Shown: one piece after another, positions 46,733-56,189 of the stretch
Layout of the letters: every line of letters begins with the position of its first letter
How positions within the stretch are numbered: position 1 is the stretch's first letter
Assembly (NCBI GenBank): GCA_965247115.1
Contig: CBDFGR010000002.1
Coordinates: forward strand, 2,144,001 to 2,208,000
DNA length: 64,000 bases
Reading direction: 5' to 3'
Origin: Myxococcota bacterium
Lineage (GTDB): Bacteria; Myxococcota_A; UBA9160; SZUA-336
Notes under the pieces: generated by a model
Databases searched by the model: none
What the model was told of the DNA's origin: nothing
Seen by the model: the letters and a program-made list of their open reading frames with translations, nothing else
Program-made: the position numbers and the translations under genes

Positions 46733-47803
46733 GTGGATTTCGACATCTCGGAGGAGCAGGAGCTGCTCCTCGGAACGACCCGTTAGCTGGTGGAGAACAA
46801 GTGCCCGCTCGTGCGTGTGCGTGAGGTCTTCGACGGCGACTCCGGTCACGACCCGCAGTTCTGGAAGTCCCTGGTCGAGATCGGCCTGGGGGGGACCGCG
46901 ATCCCCGAGGAGTTCGGCGGGGCAGGGCTCGAGCTGCTGGACCTGGCGCTGGTCGCCGAGGCGCTGGGGCACGGCGCCGCGCCCGGCCCCATCCTGGGCC
47001 ACTCGCTCGCTGGACTTGCGCTGCTACTCGGCGGGAGCGACGAGCAGAAGAAGACCTGGCTGCCGAGGCTCGCGCTGGGCGAGGCGACCGGCACGGTGGC
47101 GTTCGCGGAAGCCGGTGGCTGGCAGCCCGACGACTGGACGTTGCGCGCGAACGCTACGCTCAGCGGTGTCAAGGAGCACGTCCCGTACGGATCCCTCGCG
47201 GAGCTGATCGTCGTTGGCACAGCAGACGGCGGACTCGTGCTGGTCGAGCGCGGCTCCGGGGTCAAGGCGGAGCCGATCGACGGGGCAGACCGCACCCGAC
47301 GCCTCGACAGGCTTAGCTTCGAGGGGGCTCCCTTCGACCTGCTGCCCCACGGACAGAAGGCCGCAGGCCGCGTTCGAGACGCTGGCCTGATCCTGCTCGC
47401 TGCCGATGCTTACGGCGGAGCGGCGCGCTGCGTGGAGATGGCGGCCGAGTACGCGAACACTCGCCAGCAGTTCGGTGTGACCATCGGCCACTTCCAGGCG
47501 CTCAAGCACCAGCTCTCGAACATGGCGATCAAGGTCGATCCCGTGCGCTTCCTTTGCTGGTACGCGGCGCATGCGTATGACCACATCCAGGAGGAGTCGG
47601 AGCGCTCGGCCGCACTGACCAAGGCGCACGCCACGTCGGTGTTCATGCAGACCGCGCGCGATACGGTCGAAGCTCACGGCGGTATCGGCTTCACGTGGGA
47701 ATCCGACGTCCAGATCCTGTTCAAGCGCGCCATGTTCGACCGGGCGTTCCTGGGTGCGCCGGCGGTGCACCGGGAAAGGGCGGCCGCGCTGGCGGGCTGG
47801 TAG
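46733..47803 (+). pseudogene. Acyl-CoA dehydrogenase (partner-subunit type) with a premature TAG at codon 18
   Basis: MDFDISEEQELLLGTTR*LVENK...; RQQFG..IG.FQALKH, HGGIGFTWE; TAG at 46784-86. Confidence 0.8.
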
Positions 47804-47840
47804 CTGCTGCCACAGCGGCTTTATGCGTTGCGCTACGTCG

Positions 47841-48086
47841 CTAGCCGCTCGACTTCGGTACCCAGTTCTGGAAGAGCTCCAGACAGTCGATGCGCTTGTG
47901 TGTCTTCGGGTACGTCTCTTCCAGATACGTACATACCTCGAGAATCGCACGGATGGTTTGGGCACGATCGAGGTCTGAGTCTCGGATCTCGACCGTCACC
48001 GATTCCGGGACCTTGGTTGTGGAAGCCGCCGCAACGCCCCCTACGCATGCTATGAGCGATCCGATCATCAACGCCTTCGTTCTCAT
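47841..48086 (-). CDS. Small secreted hypothetical protein (81 aa)
   Basis: AGGAGA RBS, signal peptide MRTKALMIGSLIACVGGVAAA, two Cys in the mature part. Confidence 0.5.
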   Translation of the reverse strand: MRTKALMIGSLIACVGGVAAASTTKVPESVTVEIRDSDLDRAQTIRAILEVCTYLEETYPKTHKRIDCLELFQNWVPKSSG

Positions 48087-48190
48087 GGCGGGTCTCCTGG
48101 TGAGCGCCCTTCCCTCTCTCCCCGGTGGCCTCAGCATATACCCCTAGCGACGATCTTCCAGCACGCTCACCTGCGGGCCGAATCTCCGGG

Positions 48191-48628
48191 CTAAGGGATC
48201 TCCCGAGCTTCACCAAGCTTGTAGCTACCCACTCCGATGATGGCCCGTTCGGCGATCCACCAGCGCCCGTCTTCCTTGATCAGCCTGTCCTCATATCGAC
48301 CCAGCACCTGAAAGGGTATGCCCGAACTCGAATCGATCCCGTCGGCGTCCAGGTAGCAGACCGAGGTTGCCCCTGTCCCGTCCACCTGGATCATGGGCGT
48401 GCTGATGGTGTGACGGAGAGAACGAGTTTGGTCTCTGGTCGTCTTGTCGTACTTCTCATACCAACCTCGCACGGCCTCCTTGCCCTTGAAGCTCTCCTCG
48501 CTCTGATAGCGTGGCAACAGCACGGCGTCATCGTGGAACACGTCCATGATGTCGCTGACGGTTCCTCGGTCTACTGCGTGGCAGTACCGGTTGAGCAGCT
48601 GTTCGATCTCGACGATGTCTTCGATCAC
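48191..48628 (-). CDS. SnoaL/NTF2-like family protein
   Basis: IEQLLNRYCHAVD, FHDDA, GRYEDRL..EDGRWWI..R. Confidence 0.88.
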   Translation of the reverse strand: MIEDIVEIEQLLNRYCHAVDRGTVSDIMDVFHDDAVLLPRYQSEESFKGKEAVRGWYEKYDKTTRDQTRSLRHTISTPMIQVDGTGATSVCYLDADGIDSSSGIPFQVLGRYEDRLIKEDGRWWIAERAIIGVGSYKLGEAREIP

Positions 48629-48679
48629 GGCGCGCCCGAGAAAGGGGGACCTTCGTCTCTCAACGCCCCCCTTGTCTGC

Positions 48680-49957
48680 TTAGAAGAAGACGTAGGATCG
48701 CACCACGACGTTCTTGCGGCAGGGAGCGTCGTCGGGCGCGGTTGGGTCGATGCAGGCAGTGTGGAAAGACCAGCGCGAGACGGAGCCATCGGTGACAGAG
48801 TCGTAGCACTTGAGCATCGAGACCTCGGTGGGCTTCTGCTCGGGAAGCCAGTACCACTCGTGGTCGGGGCGGTGGGTGAAGCGGGTCGTCTCGCCGACGC
48901 GGTCGTCGTAAATGCGGTAGTTGGTGATGTACGGCTGGTCGGCGAAAGAGGGCCAGGCGCAGAGCACGAAGGGATTCTGGCGCACGGTCTCCATCGGCTT
49001 GGCGAGGTTGATCGACATGAACCGCCGCGACATCTTCGCGTCGGCCTGCTCCTCCGTGTAGTGCTGCTCGCGCCCGAAGTTCCGCAGGTTCTTCGTGAGC
49101 AGCTCGCGGCAGCGCACGCGGCCGCTGTTGTCGTTCAGGTCGTTGTGCACGAGGTTGGCGTAGTTGGCGTTCACACCCGGGTTCTTGTTGTCCTGGTCCT
49201 CCGTGCGGTCGCCCTCGTAGTCCTTGTCAAACACGTCGTGGTTGTAGACGAGCGCATCTGTCGCGTCCGGGAAAAACTCCAGGAGGAGCTTCTCCATCTC
49301 CGGGTAGAACACGCGCTCCACCTCCGCCGCGTCGTAGAAGTTCTCGCACTCGGACTCGCAGTGCGCCAGCGAGACGCCAAGCCTGTCCATGCACTCGGGG
49401 CTGTTGGGCAAAAGATCTGGGTGGTACTCCTCCATGCGTCGCGCGTCGCGCATCACCTGCGGAAAATAGAGATACCGCCGTCCGATGTCGTGCTCTTCCT
49501 TGCGCAACGCTCTTGCCTCGGCCTCGCGCGCCGGGTCCCCCCATAGTGCGTTCGACGAGACAATGGTGTAGGACGGCTGCTCGTGGACGGTGTAGCGGAG
49601 CGGAAGCGCCAGGCCGCCTTCAGGGGCTTCGATGTTGTTCGCCCGGATATACTCCAGGCACTCTGAGTAGCTACGAAACCCGACGCCCCATTCGGTCTCG
49701 ATGGGGCCGGAGGGAGCGTTGTCGAGCGTGTCGATAACTGCCTGCCCCTTCCCCTCGGCAATCTGGGTGAGCGCCGCCTCCGTCGCCGCAGCAGTTCCCG
49801 CATCCCCGTCCTGATCGAACGACATGTAGGATAAACCTCCGTTCGCAGCGATGGGTGGTAGCTGCCCTTCTGTGAGTTGGAAGGGAGGCACATAGACCGA
49901 AGAAACTGTCTCCGCAACCGCCGCACCGTGGTTCCTGATGACCTCGAGCCGATCCAT
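48680..49957 (-). CDS. CmcJ/NvfI (AsaB-like) family oxidoreductase
   Basis: VERVFYPE, VHND, WYWLPEQ...EV.MLKCYDS, FHTACIDP..P.DAP.R. Confidence 0.7.
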   Translation of the reverse strand: MDRLEVIRNHGAAVAETVSSVYVPPFQLTEGQLPPIAANGGLSYMSFDQDGDAGTAAATEAALTQIAEGKGQAVIDTLDNAPSGPIETEWGVGFRSYSECLEYIRANNIEAPEGGLALPLRYTVHEQPSYTIVSSNALWGDPAREAEARALRKEEHDIGRRYLYFPQVMRDARRMEEYHPDLLPNSPECMDRLGVSLAHCESECENFYDAAEVERVFYPEMEKLLLEFFPDATDALVYNHDVFDKDYEGDRTEDQDNKNPGVNANYANLVHNDLNDNSGRVRCRELLTKNLRNFGREQHYTEEQADAKMSRRFMSINLAKPMETVRQNPFVLCAWPSFADQPYITNYRIYDDRVGETTRFTHRPDHEWYWLPEQKPTEVSMLKCYDSVTDGSVSRWSFHTACIDPTAPDDAPCRKNVVVRSYVFF

Positions 49958-50075
49958 AGCATTCCCCCGGTTAAATCCACCCCATCGTCGCACACACGGC
50001 CTGTACTTCCCAGGGCCCATCAACATGGCCGTGCGCCTGCTGCCCGCATAAGCCCCTGAAACTGAAAGACTCCCG

Positions 50076-50124
50076 TGGTGGCGCGGGGCCGGATCGAACT
50101 GCCGACACGCGGATTTTCAATCCG
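50076..50124 (-). tRNA. 3' half of tRNA-Phe(GAA), a non-functional fragment and probable att-site scar
   Basis: Minus strand CGGA-TTGAAAA-TCCG-CGTGTC-GGCAG-TTCGATC-CGGCC-CCGCGCC-A-CCA; no D-arm or 5' acceptor strand upstream. Confidence 0.85.
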
Positions 50125-50313
50125 TCCCACCCGGGTATTCGCGAGCGTCCGCTCGAGTCCGCCCTGATCCGTCCCGTTGGCTACACACCGGCTGTCAGAT
50201 CCGAACGATCACTCAGCCGTTCCCGCTCGATTCGGTGTTGCCACCATCTGCCCGCCACTCGAAAGTCGCCCCAATCACCACTGCGACTTGTTGGCGAGTT
50301 GCGTCCATGGGGC

Positions 50314-51105
50314 CTACCAGCTGTTCCGAAGTTCGCGCAGCTTCAAGAACACGGTCCGCGCGTCGGGCTGATCAGGCAGGTCCGGGAAGGCATCGCGTAG
50401 TCTCGCGATCACGGTCGTGCTTTGCAGGCGGAAGAAGGCGTTGACCTTCTTCTCGAGCGCGAGCGTCGAGACCAGCGCGGCGTTCGGGTCCTGGTCGCCG
50501 ATCTCGGAGAGCAATTGACGAGCTCGGTCGTTGTCTGGCTCGCGATCCAGCGTGAACCCGAGGTTGTTCGCGATGTAGTCGTGCCCCGGGTAGAGGAGCG
50601 TCTCGTCCGGTAGCTTCGACAGTTGCTCGGCGAACGTCTCGTAGAGTTGCTGCGGGTGCCCGCCTCCACGGCAGTTCCCCGCGCCGGCGTTGAAGAGCGT
50701 GTCGCCGGAGAACAGCGCGGGGACATCCGTCCTCGAGAGCAGGCAGACGTGCGTCATGGTGTGCCCCGGCGTGTCCAGGCTCTCGAGCTCGACAGTCTTG
50801 CCCACCGAGACCACATCGCCCGCCGAGAGCCCCACATCCACATCAGGAATCCTGTCCCCGGCGTTGGCGTGCGCCAGTAGCTTTGCCCCGGTCGCGCGAA
50901 TCAGCGCCGCATTGCCCCCCGTGTGGTCGAAGTGTTCGTGCGTGTTGAGGACCTGCGTGATCTCCCAACTACGCTCCTTGGCGGCGGCCAAGCACTTCGC
51001 ATGATCCAGCGGATCGATCGCGAGCGCCTCGCCGGTCTCCGGGCAGGCAATCAGGTAGTTGAAGTTGCGATAGTCGTTTCCGGTCCAGACTTGCTCGACG
51101 ATCAT
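50314..51105 (-). CDS. gloB: Hydroxyacylglutathione hydrolase (glyoxalase II) family
   Basis: NTHEHFDHTGGN, TPGHT, GDTLF, PGHDY, LRELRNSW. Confidence 0.85.
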   Translation of the reverse strand: MIVEQVWTGNDYRNFNYLIACPETGEALAIDPLDHAKCLAAAKERSWEITQVLNTHEHFDHTGGNAALIRATGAKLLAHANAGDRIPDVDVGLSAGDVVSVGKTVELESLDTPGHTMTHVCLLSRTDVPALFSGDTLFNAGAGNCRGGGHPQQLYETFAEQLSKLPDETLLYPGHDYIANNLGFTLDREPDNDRARQLLSEIGDQDPNAALVSTLALEKKVNAFFRLQSTTVIARLRDAFPDLPDQPDARTVFLKLRELRNSW

Positions 51106-51555
51106 CCGTTTCGCTCCCCAGGGTCAAGTTTGGCAGTCATCAGTATGGAACCTGACGGCTCCGGCGGTCCACTGCCATTCTGGCCGATCGCTCCGTCGGG
51201 GCCGGTCTCGACGTTTCTGATCCTGACGAGATCCTCGAGCAGGGTTTCCATGTGGACCAACCGGTCGCCGTCCAGGACGATTCTGTAGAGATCTGTCGCC
51301 TTGAGCGTGCCGACGATGAGGTCGTCCTGCCACTCGGGAAAGGCGTTCCCCGCGTACAAGATGAAGCTCGAAACCGCTGGAGAGGGTGTCAGGTCCACCA
51401 CAGGCTGTTCGATGTCACTGAGATCGAATTCGAGGCCGAGCTCTTTGTGGTATTCCACTGGCGTGCCGTCGTAGTCCAGGCCCTTCGAGGACAGCGGCCA
51501 GCCGCAGTTCCTGCCAGGCAGCAGCAGGTTGACTTCATCCCCACCGCAACCGAAC
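51102..51555 (-). pseudogene. C-terminal fragment of a glucose/sorbosone (PQQ aldose-sugar) dehydrogenase
   Basis: GGDEVN..PG.N.GWP, FPEWQDDLIVG.LK, RIRNVETGPDG; starts at the stop of the upstream gene. Confidence 0.8.
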
Positions 51556-51559
51556 TCGG

Positions 51560-52090
51560 TTACCGGCTTGCGGGCTCGACCAGGATCTCCAGGCCCTGCA
51601 GGTACGCGTCCTCGGCGCGGGCAGCCAGCTCGCACCGGCTCGCACTCCCGATCGGGTGCTCTATCAGTGCGAAGCGGTAGTCCGGCAGTCCCAGCGAGCG
51701 CGCCAGGTTCCGCCCGGTCTCCTCGAAGGGATGCGTGCAGATCACCAGAGCGGGAAGGCCGAGCTGCTCGAAGCTAATGCCGTCGTGCACACTGCACGTG
51801 GAGCAGGACCCTCAATCCCCGACGGCCGTGATCAGGAATTCGACGTGCTCCGAGAGCCGCCTCAAGTGCTCTGGCGCTGACGGACGGCTGGCATCTCGCT
51901 TGTCGATGAACTCGACGCTCTGACTGCCATGGCGCTCGGCGAACACGCGAGCGGTCTCGCGCAGCAGCGCGTCGGCGTTTGCCTTGCCGTTCGAGAGCAG
52001 GCCCATGCGGGCGCCGTCCAGCTTGGCCAGGCGCGGCGCGTGGGCGTTGGCGGACTTGGGGGCGCGGACGGTCGGATCAACGAGCTTCAT
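51560..52090 (-). CDS. UGSC-family selenoprotein (176 aa, Sec at TGA 51814-51812)
   Basis: Two in-frame ORFs are joined across TGA: TAVGD-U-GSCSTCSVHDG; SECIS-like hairpin follows. Confidence 0.88.
51784..51798 (-). promoter_or_regulatory. Putative bacterial SECIS hairpin
   Basis: CGUGCA-GUG-UGCACG, with the loop G 19 nt after UGA. Confidence 0.65.
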
Positions 52091-53157
52091 TCTGGCTCAC
52101 AATCCATGCAGACGCCGATGGGCTTCGACTGCATGGTCGACGCGCGGGTGCGGCTCCAGGACGGGATGAAGGCCGAGTGCCCGCCAGCGTCGCCGCCCGC
52201 GACGGTTATGAGAATGTCATCGGGGCCAAGACCCCGATGCACGGCTGCCCTTCCCTGGACTTCGTGGTCGCGCGGCACGTACTTGCCCACCCGCGTCATG
52301 GCAGCGACGCTGCGGTGACCGCGCTCGAAGAGGAACTCGCGCACCTGCGCCTTCGACCACGACGCGCGGCCAAGGATGCGCGCGTGCTCGGGCGAGAACA
52401 CCACGACCGACTGACCGACCGTGATCGAGCCCAGGTTGGCCATGGCGTCGGCCATCGTCTCGAGCAGGGCCTCGGGCGTGCTCGCCCCGTGGTTCTCGAC
52501 GTTGTGGAACCCGCCGGCGGCGAAGACGGTCACGCTGCTCACCTCGGGCGGGTAGCCGAGCCCCACGTTCAGGCCGTCCCAGGGGTTCGCCGGGTCGGAG
52601 CGCTCGCCGATGCAGAACGAGTACTTGGCAGGCTGGCCAAGAGTGCTCTTGTCAGCGAGCCCAGGCGTCATCTGGAATACGTTCAGGATGATCAGGCGGA
52701 GCGCCCTACCGATCGTCGCGTTCGGCCGGTTGCCGGGACCAAAGACGTTGACACCCGCGTTCATCTCGAGCTGCTCCACGAGCGGACCAGACACGATCAA
52801 CAGCGGTGCGGACCCACCTGTGCTCGCGGTCGAGGCGTGGAAGTTGAAGGCTGGCTCGTTCATCGCCTCGAGCGCCGCAACGACGACTCGGAAGTACTCG
52901 GGCAGGCAGCCAGCCATGACGGCGTTGGTTGCGGCGGCGAGCACGGTACACTCGCGTCCCGTCGTCGGGTGCGAGGCAAGCACCGCCTCTGGCGGACGGA
53001 CCCCGATCTGGAGCATCGCCTCGACTCGGCCGGTCTCTGGTGGCACGACGGGCAGGCCGTCGGTCCAGCCCTGGGCGTAGCAGTACTCGAGCGCCTCGAG
53101 CGGGTCGTCGCTCACCTCGTGAAGCTTCGCGTGTTCGACCAGAGCGGATCCGGGCAC
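52087..53157 (-). CDS. Conserved hypothetical protein (GWTDGLPVVPP family), UGSC partner, C-terminal CxxC
   Basis: GWTDGLPVVPP, NAVMAGC.PEY, PGNRPNATIGRALRL, CMDC; ATGA-coupled to the UGSC gene. Confidence 0.8.
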   Translation of the reverse strand: MPGSALVEHAKLHEVSDDPLEALEYCYAQGWTDGLPVVPPETGRVEAMLQIGVRPPEAVLASHPTTGRECTVLAAATNAVMAGCLPEYFRVVVAALEAMNEPAFNFHASTASTGGSAPLLIVSGPLVEQLEMNAGVNVFGPGNRPNATIGRALRLIILNVFQMTPGLADKSTLGQPAKYSFCIGERSDPANPWDGLNVGLGYPPEVSSVTVFAAGGFHNVENHGASTPEALLETMADAMANLGSITVGQSVVVFSPEHARILGRASWSKAQVREFLFERGHRSVAAMTRVGKYVPRDHEVQGRAAVHRGLGPDDILITVAGGDAGGHSAFIPSWSRTRASTMQSKPIGVCMDCEPE

Positions 53158-53489
53158 GTGTCCTCGCTGAAGCCGCCTTCGGGGCTTCGACCTGAGACTA
53201 TATACCCCAACAGGCGGCAGCGGACGGCGCCCATGATAAATTGAAGTTTCAACTCAACGAGTACTAGCGATCAGGTAGAGAGCACCCGTCGGCCCGCCTC
53301 CCGGGCCCTCAGGCGACTCGATCGGACGGGGAGGCCATTGTCAGAACCCGAAAGACCCTCTTAAACTCCCCTCCATAGGGTAGGAGCGCTTTTTGGACGA
53401 CACGCCTTGACCCTCGCGAAGCGGGGGACGCGAGCATGGAGGCGCAGGCCCCACCAAGTCGCTGAACCGTTTTGAGAAGGAGCCCAGCG

Positions 53490-54947
53490 ATGTCTAATGG
53501 TATGACCTTTATCCAAGCCGCCGGAGCGACGGCCGTACTCGCGATCCTGAGCCTGTCGCCTCAAGCGGTCGCCACAGATCTGCTGATTCAGGGTGGAACC
53601 GTTGTAACCGCCAAAGGGGAGCGTAAGGCGGACATTCGGATTCGGGGAGAAACGATCGTTGAGATCGGATCTTTCGAGCGAGTTGAGACGGATGCTCGGG
53701 TTCTCGACGCTAGCGGCCTCCTGATCCTGCCCGGAGGGGTCGATCCCCACGTGCACCTGACGTCCTCGGAGGAGTTCGCCTTCGCCGACGATTTCGAGAG
53801 CGGGACCCGCGCGGCACTCGCGGGGGGAATCACCACGGTGGGTCACATGGCGTTTCCAGCTCCTGGGGAGGGCCCGCTCGCGACACTGGCTCGGGAGAGC
53901 GTTCCCATCGAAGAGCTGACGATGGCCGACGTTTTCGTCCACACGACCATCTTCGAGCCCACGGAGGCGGTGATCGGGGAGCTACCGGAGCTCGCCGCCG
54001 CCGGCCAGCCCTCGATCAAGGTCTTCATGCCGTTCGAGCCGTTCGACGCGGAAATGCCCGGTTTCCTGCGACTCCTGCGCGGCGCGCGAGACGCGGGAAT
54101 CCTCGTCGCGATCCACTGCGAGGACGCCGCCGCGCTCGAGTTCGCGGCGCAGGAGCTGACGGGCGCCGGCAAGACCTCGCTCGCACACTACCCGGAGAGC
54201 CGCCCCATCATCTCCGAGGTCGTCGCGACGGAACGTGCCCTGGCGATGGCGGAGATCACGGGGGCGCCGATCTACATCGTCCACCTGTCGGCCGCCAGGG
54301 CCCTCGCGGCGGCCGAGGCGGCGCAGTCGCGGTTTCCTGTGTTCGTCGAGACGCGTCCCCTGTACCTCCACTTCACGGAGGCGAACTACCGCCGGGCCGA
54401 CGGAGCGCTCTTCGTCGGAATGCCACCGATTCGAGGAGCGGACGATCGGGAGGCCATGTGGGAGGGGCTCGCACGCGGGGCAATCGCCACGCTTGCCACC
54501 GACCACGCTCCTTGGACCCGCGAGCAAAAGCTCGACCCGCAACAGACCATCACTTCATTTCGCCCCGGCGTGAACAATCTCCAGGTGATGCTGCCCATGC
54601 TCTTCTCCGAAGGAGTCCACGGGGGAAAGATCTCGCTGCAACGCTTCGTCGAGGTGTCCTCCACCAACGCGGCAAAGCTCTTCGGGCTATACCCTCGCAA
54701 GGGCACCATCGCGCCCGGTTCCGACGCCGACCTCGTGATTTGGGATCCGGACGAGAGAAGAACCATCGCCGACTCGGACGTCCTCTCAAAGACCGGGTTC
54801 TCGATCTACGCCGGGACGGAGGTCACCGGGTGGCCGCAGATCACGATTCGGCGGGGCGAGGTGGTCTACGAGGGAGGAGAAGTCGACGCCGAGAAGGGCT
54901 CAGGTCGGATCATCTCGCGTTCTCGATTCAAGATCCCTGTCGAGTAG
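53490..54947 (+). CDS. Dihydropyrimidinase/hydantoinase family amidohydrolase with a signal peptide
   Basis: PGGVDPHVH, IKVFM, IHCED, IVHLS, ATDHAP, NAAKLFGLYPRKG; AAGGAG RBS. Confidence 0.88.
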   Translation: MSNGMTFIQAAGATAVLAILSLSPQAVATDLLIQGGTVVTAKGERKADIRIRGETIVEIGSFERVETDARVLDASGLLILPGGVDPHVHLTSSEEFAFADDFESGTRAALAGGITTVGHMAFPAPGEGPLATLARESVPIEELTMADVFVHTTIFEPTEAVIGELPELAAAGQPSIKVFMPFEPFDAEMPGFLRLLRGARDAGILVAIHCEDAAALEFAAQELTGAGKTSLAHYPESRPIISEVVATERALAMAEITGAPIYIVHLSAARALAAAEAAQSRFPVFVETRPLYLHFTEANYRRADGALFVGMPPIRGADDREAMWEGLARGAIATLATDHAPWTREQKLDPQQTITSFRPGVNNLQVMLPMLFSEGVHGGKISLQRFVEVSSTNAAKLFGLYPRKGTIAPGSDADLVIWDPDERRTIADSDVLSKTGFSIYAGTEVTGWPQITIRRGEVVYEGGEVDAEKGSGRIISRSRFKIPVE

Positions 54948-55140
54948 ACAGCCGCCAAGTACGAGCCGCTCGGCGAGGCAGAATTGCTGAGCCCCGATTC
55001 GCCGAATCCGATCGGGTGGATCGATGGGACGGGCTCGGGAGGCACCACCTTCCGCTCCCCACCAGGCTCACGGCTCGCCCTGCAGACGCCACCCCCTTAT
55101 ATGATGCTTATCCCTGTGTCGCCAAACGAAGGAGAGCATC

Positions 55141-55971
55141 ATGCCCAAGGTCGAGGCCAACGGGATCAACATCTATTACGAGTTCATGGGCGAGGGCGAG
55201 CCGCTCGCTCTGATCGGCGGCTCGCTCTTCGGGCGGCAGAATTTCGGCTTGGTCTGGGAAGGGCTCGCCAAGGAGTTCAAGCTGATTAGCTACGATCAGC
55301 GGGGCTACGGTCAATCGGATCGCCCGCTCATGCAGTATGACCTCGATCTCTGGGCGGACGATCTGGCGGCACTCCTCGATGCGCTCGACATCGATCGGGC
55401 CCATGTCATGGGCACCTCCGCAGGCGGCATGATCGCGCTCAAATTCGCGGCGAAATATCCGGATCGCTGCATCGGCGTGGTCAGCGATTGCGCTTTCGCG
55501 AAATGCGACACCATGCGGCGGATCATGTTCCGCACCTGGCGCCGTATGGCCCAGACTTGGGGGTGCGGGCCGGAGTTCGCCGATCATGTCGTGACACAGG
55601 CGGTCGGTGCCGACTATCTCGATGGCCCGGAAGGGCCCGGCCTGATCGAGATGGCGCGCACGATGGTCGAGCTCAACTCGGTCGAGACGGTGGTACAGGC
55701 CTGCCTCGCAATGGAGAAAATGGACCTCCGCGAGGACTGCAAGAAGATCAAGAATCCGACGCTTGTGATCACCGCGGCCAAGGACATGCTAACCCCGATA
55801 CACACCGGCCCGGACGGCGCCGGCGCGCAATGGGTGGTCGACAACGTCCCGGGCTGCGAGGTGATCGTCTACGAGGACATCGGCCACGCGGACTTGGTGG
55901 AGTGTCCGGACAAAACCATCGCGTCGACCATCAAATTCCTGCGCGGCGCGCGGAACAAGCTCGCGGCATAG
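55141..55971 (+). CDS. Alpha/beta fold hydrolase
   Basis: YDQRGYGQS, GTSAGG nucleophile elbow, D..GH. Confidence 0.9.
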   Translation: MPKVEANGINIYYEFMGEGEPLALIGGSLFGRQNFGLVWEGLAKEFKLISYDQRGYGQSDRPLMQYDLDLWADDLAALLDALDIDRAHVMGTSAGGMIALKFAAKYPDRCIGVVSDCAFAKCDTMRRIMFRTWRRMAQTWGCGPEFADHVVTQAVGADYLDGPEGPGLIEMARTMVELNSVETVVQACLAMEKMDLREDCKKIKNPTLVITAAKDMLTPIHTGPDGAGAQWVVDNVPGCEVIVYEDIGHADLVECPDKTIASTIKFLRGARNKLAA

Positions 55972-56189
55972 TCCAGCTCGGCATGGCTGTGCTAGATAAG
56001 GGCCGCGCCCCGGCCCTCAGACCAATCGATATACGGTGCCGGGTCGTTCAACAATCCTCGGGGGGAGCCTCCGGAGCCAGGGCCTCGTCCAGTATCTCGC
56101 CGGCGGGCGGATCGCCTTGACCGACGAGGGGCGGCAACCGTCGCATGCCTCTGCATCTGGTTCTTGTTTTCTCTCCTCATATGAGGTGG

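Noticed and set aside
8504..46786. Amber (TAG) recoding suggested by in-frame TAGs at 8504 and 46784
   Set aside because: TAG is the normal stop of many intact genes here; both cases sit at decay junctions
50076..50160. Functional tRNA-Phe gene
   Set aside because: No 5' acceptor strand or D-arm; T-stem mismatch
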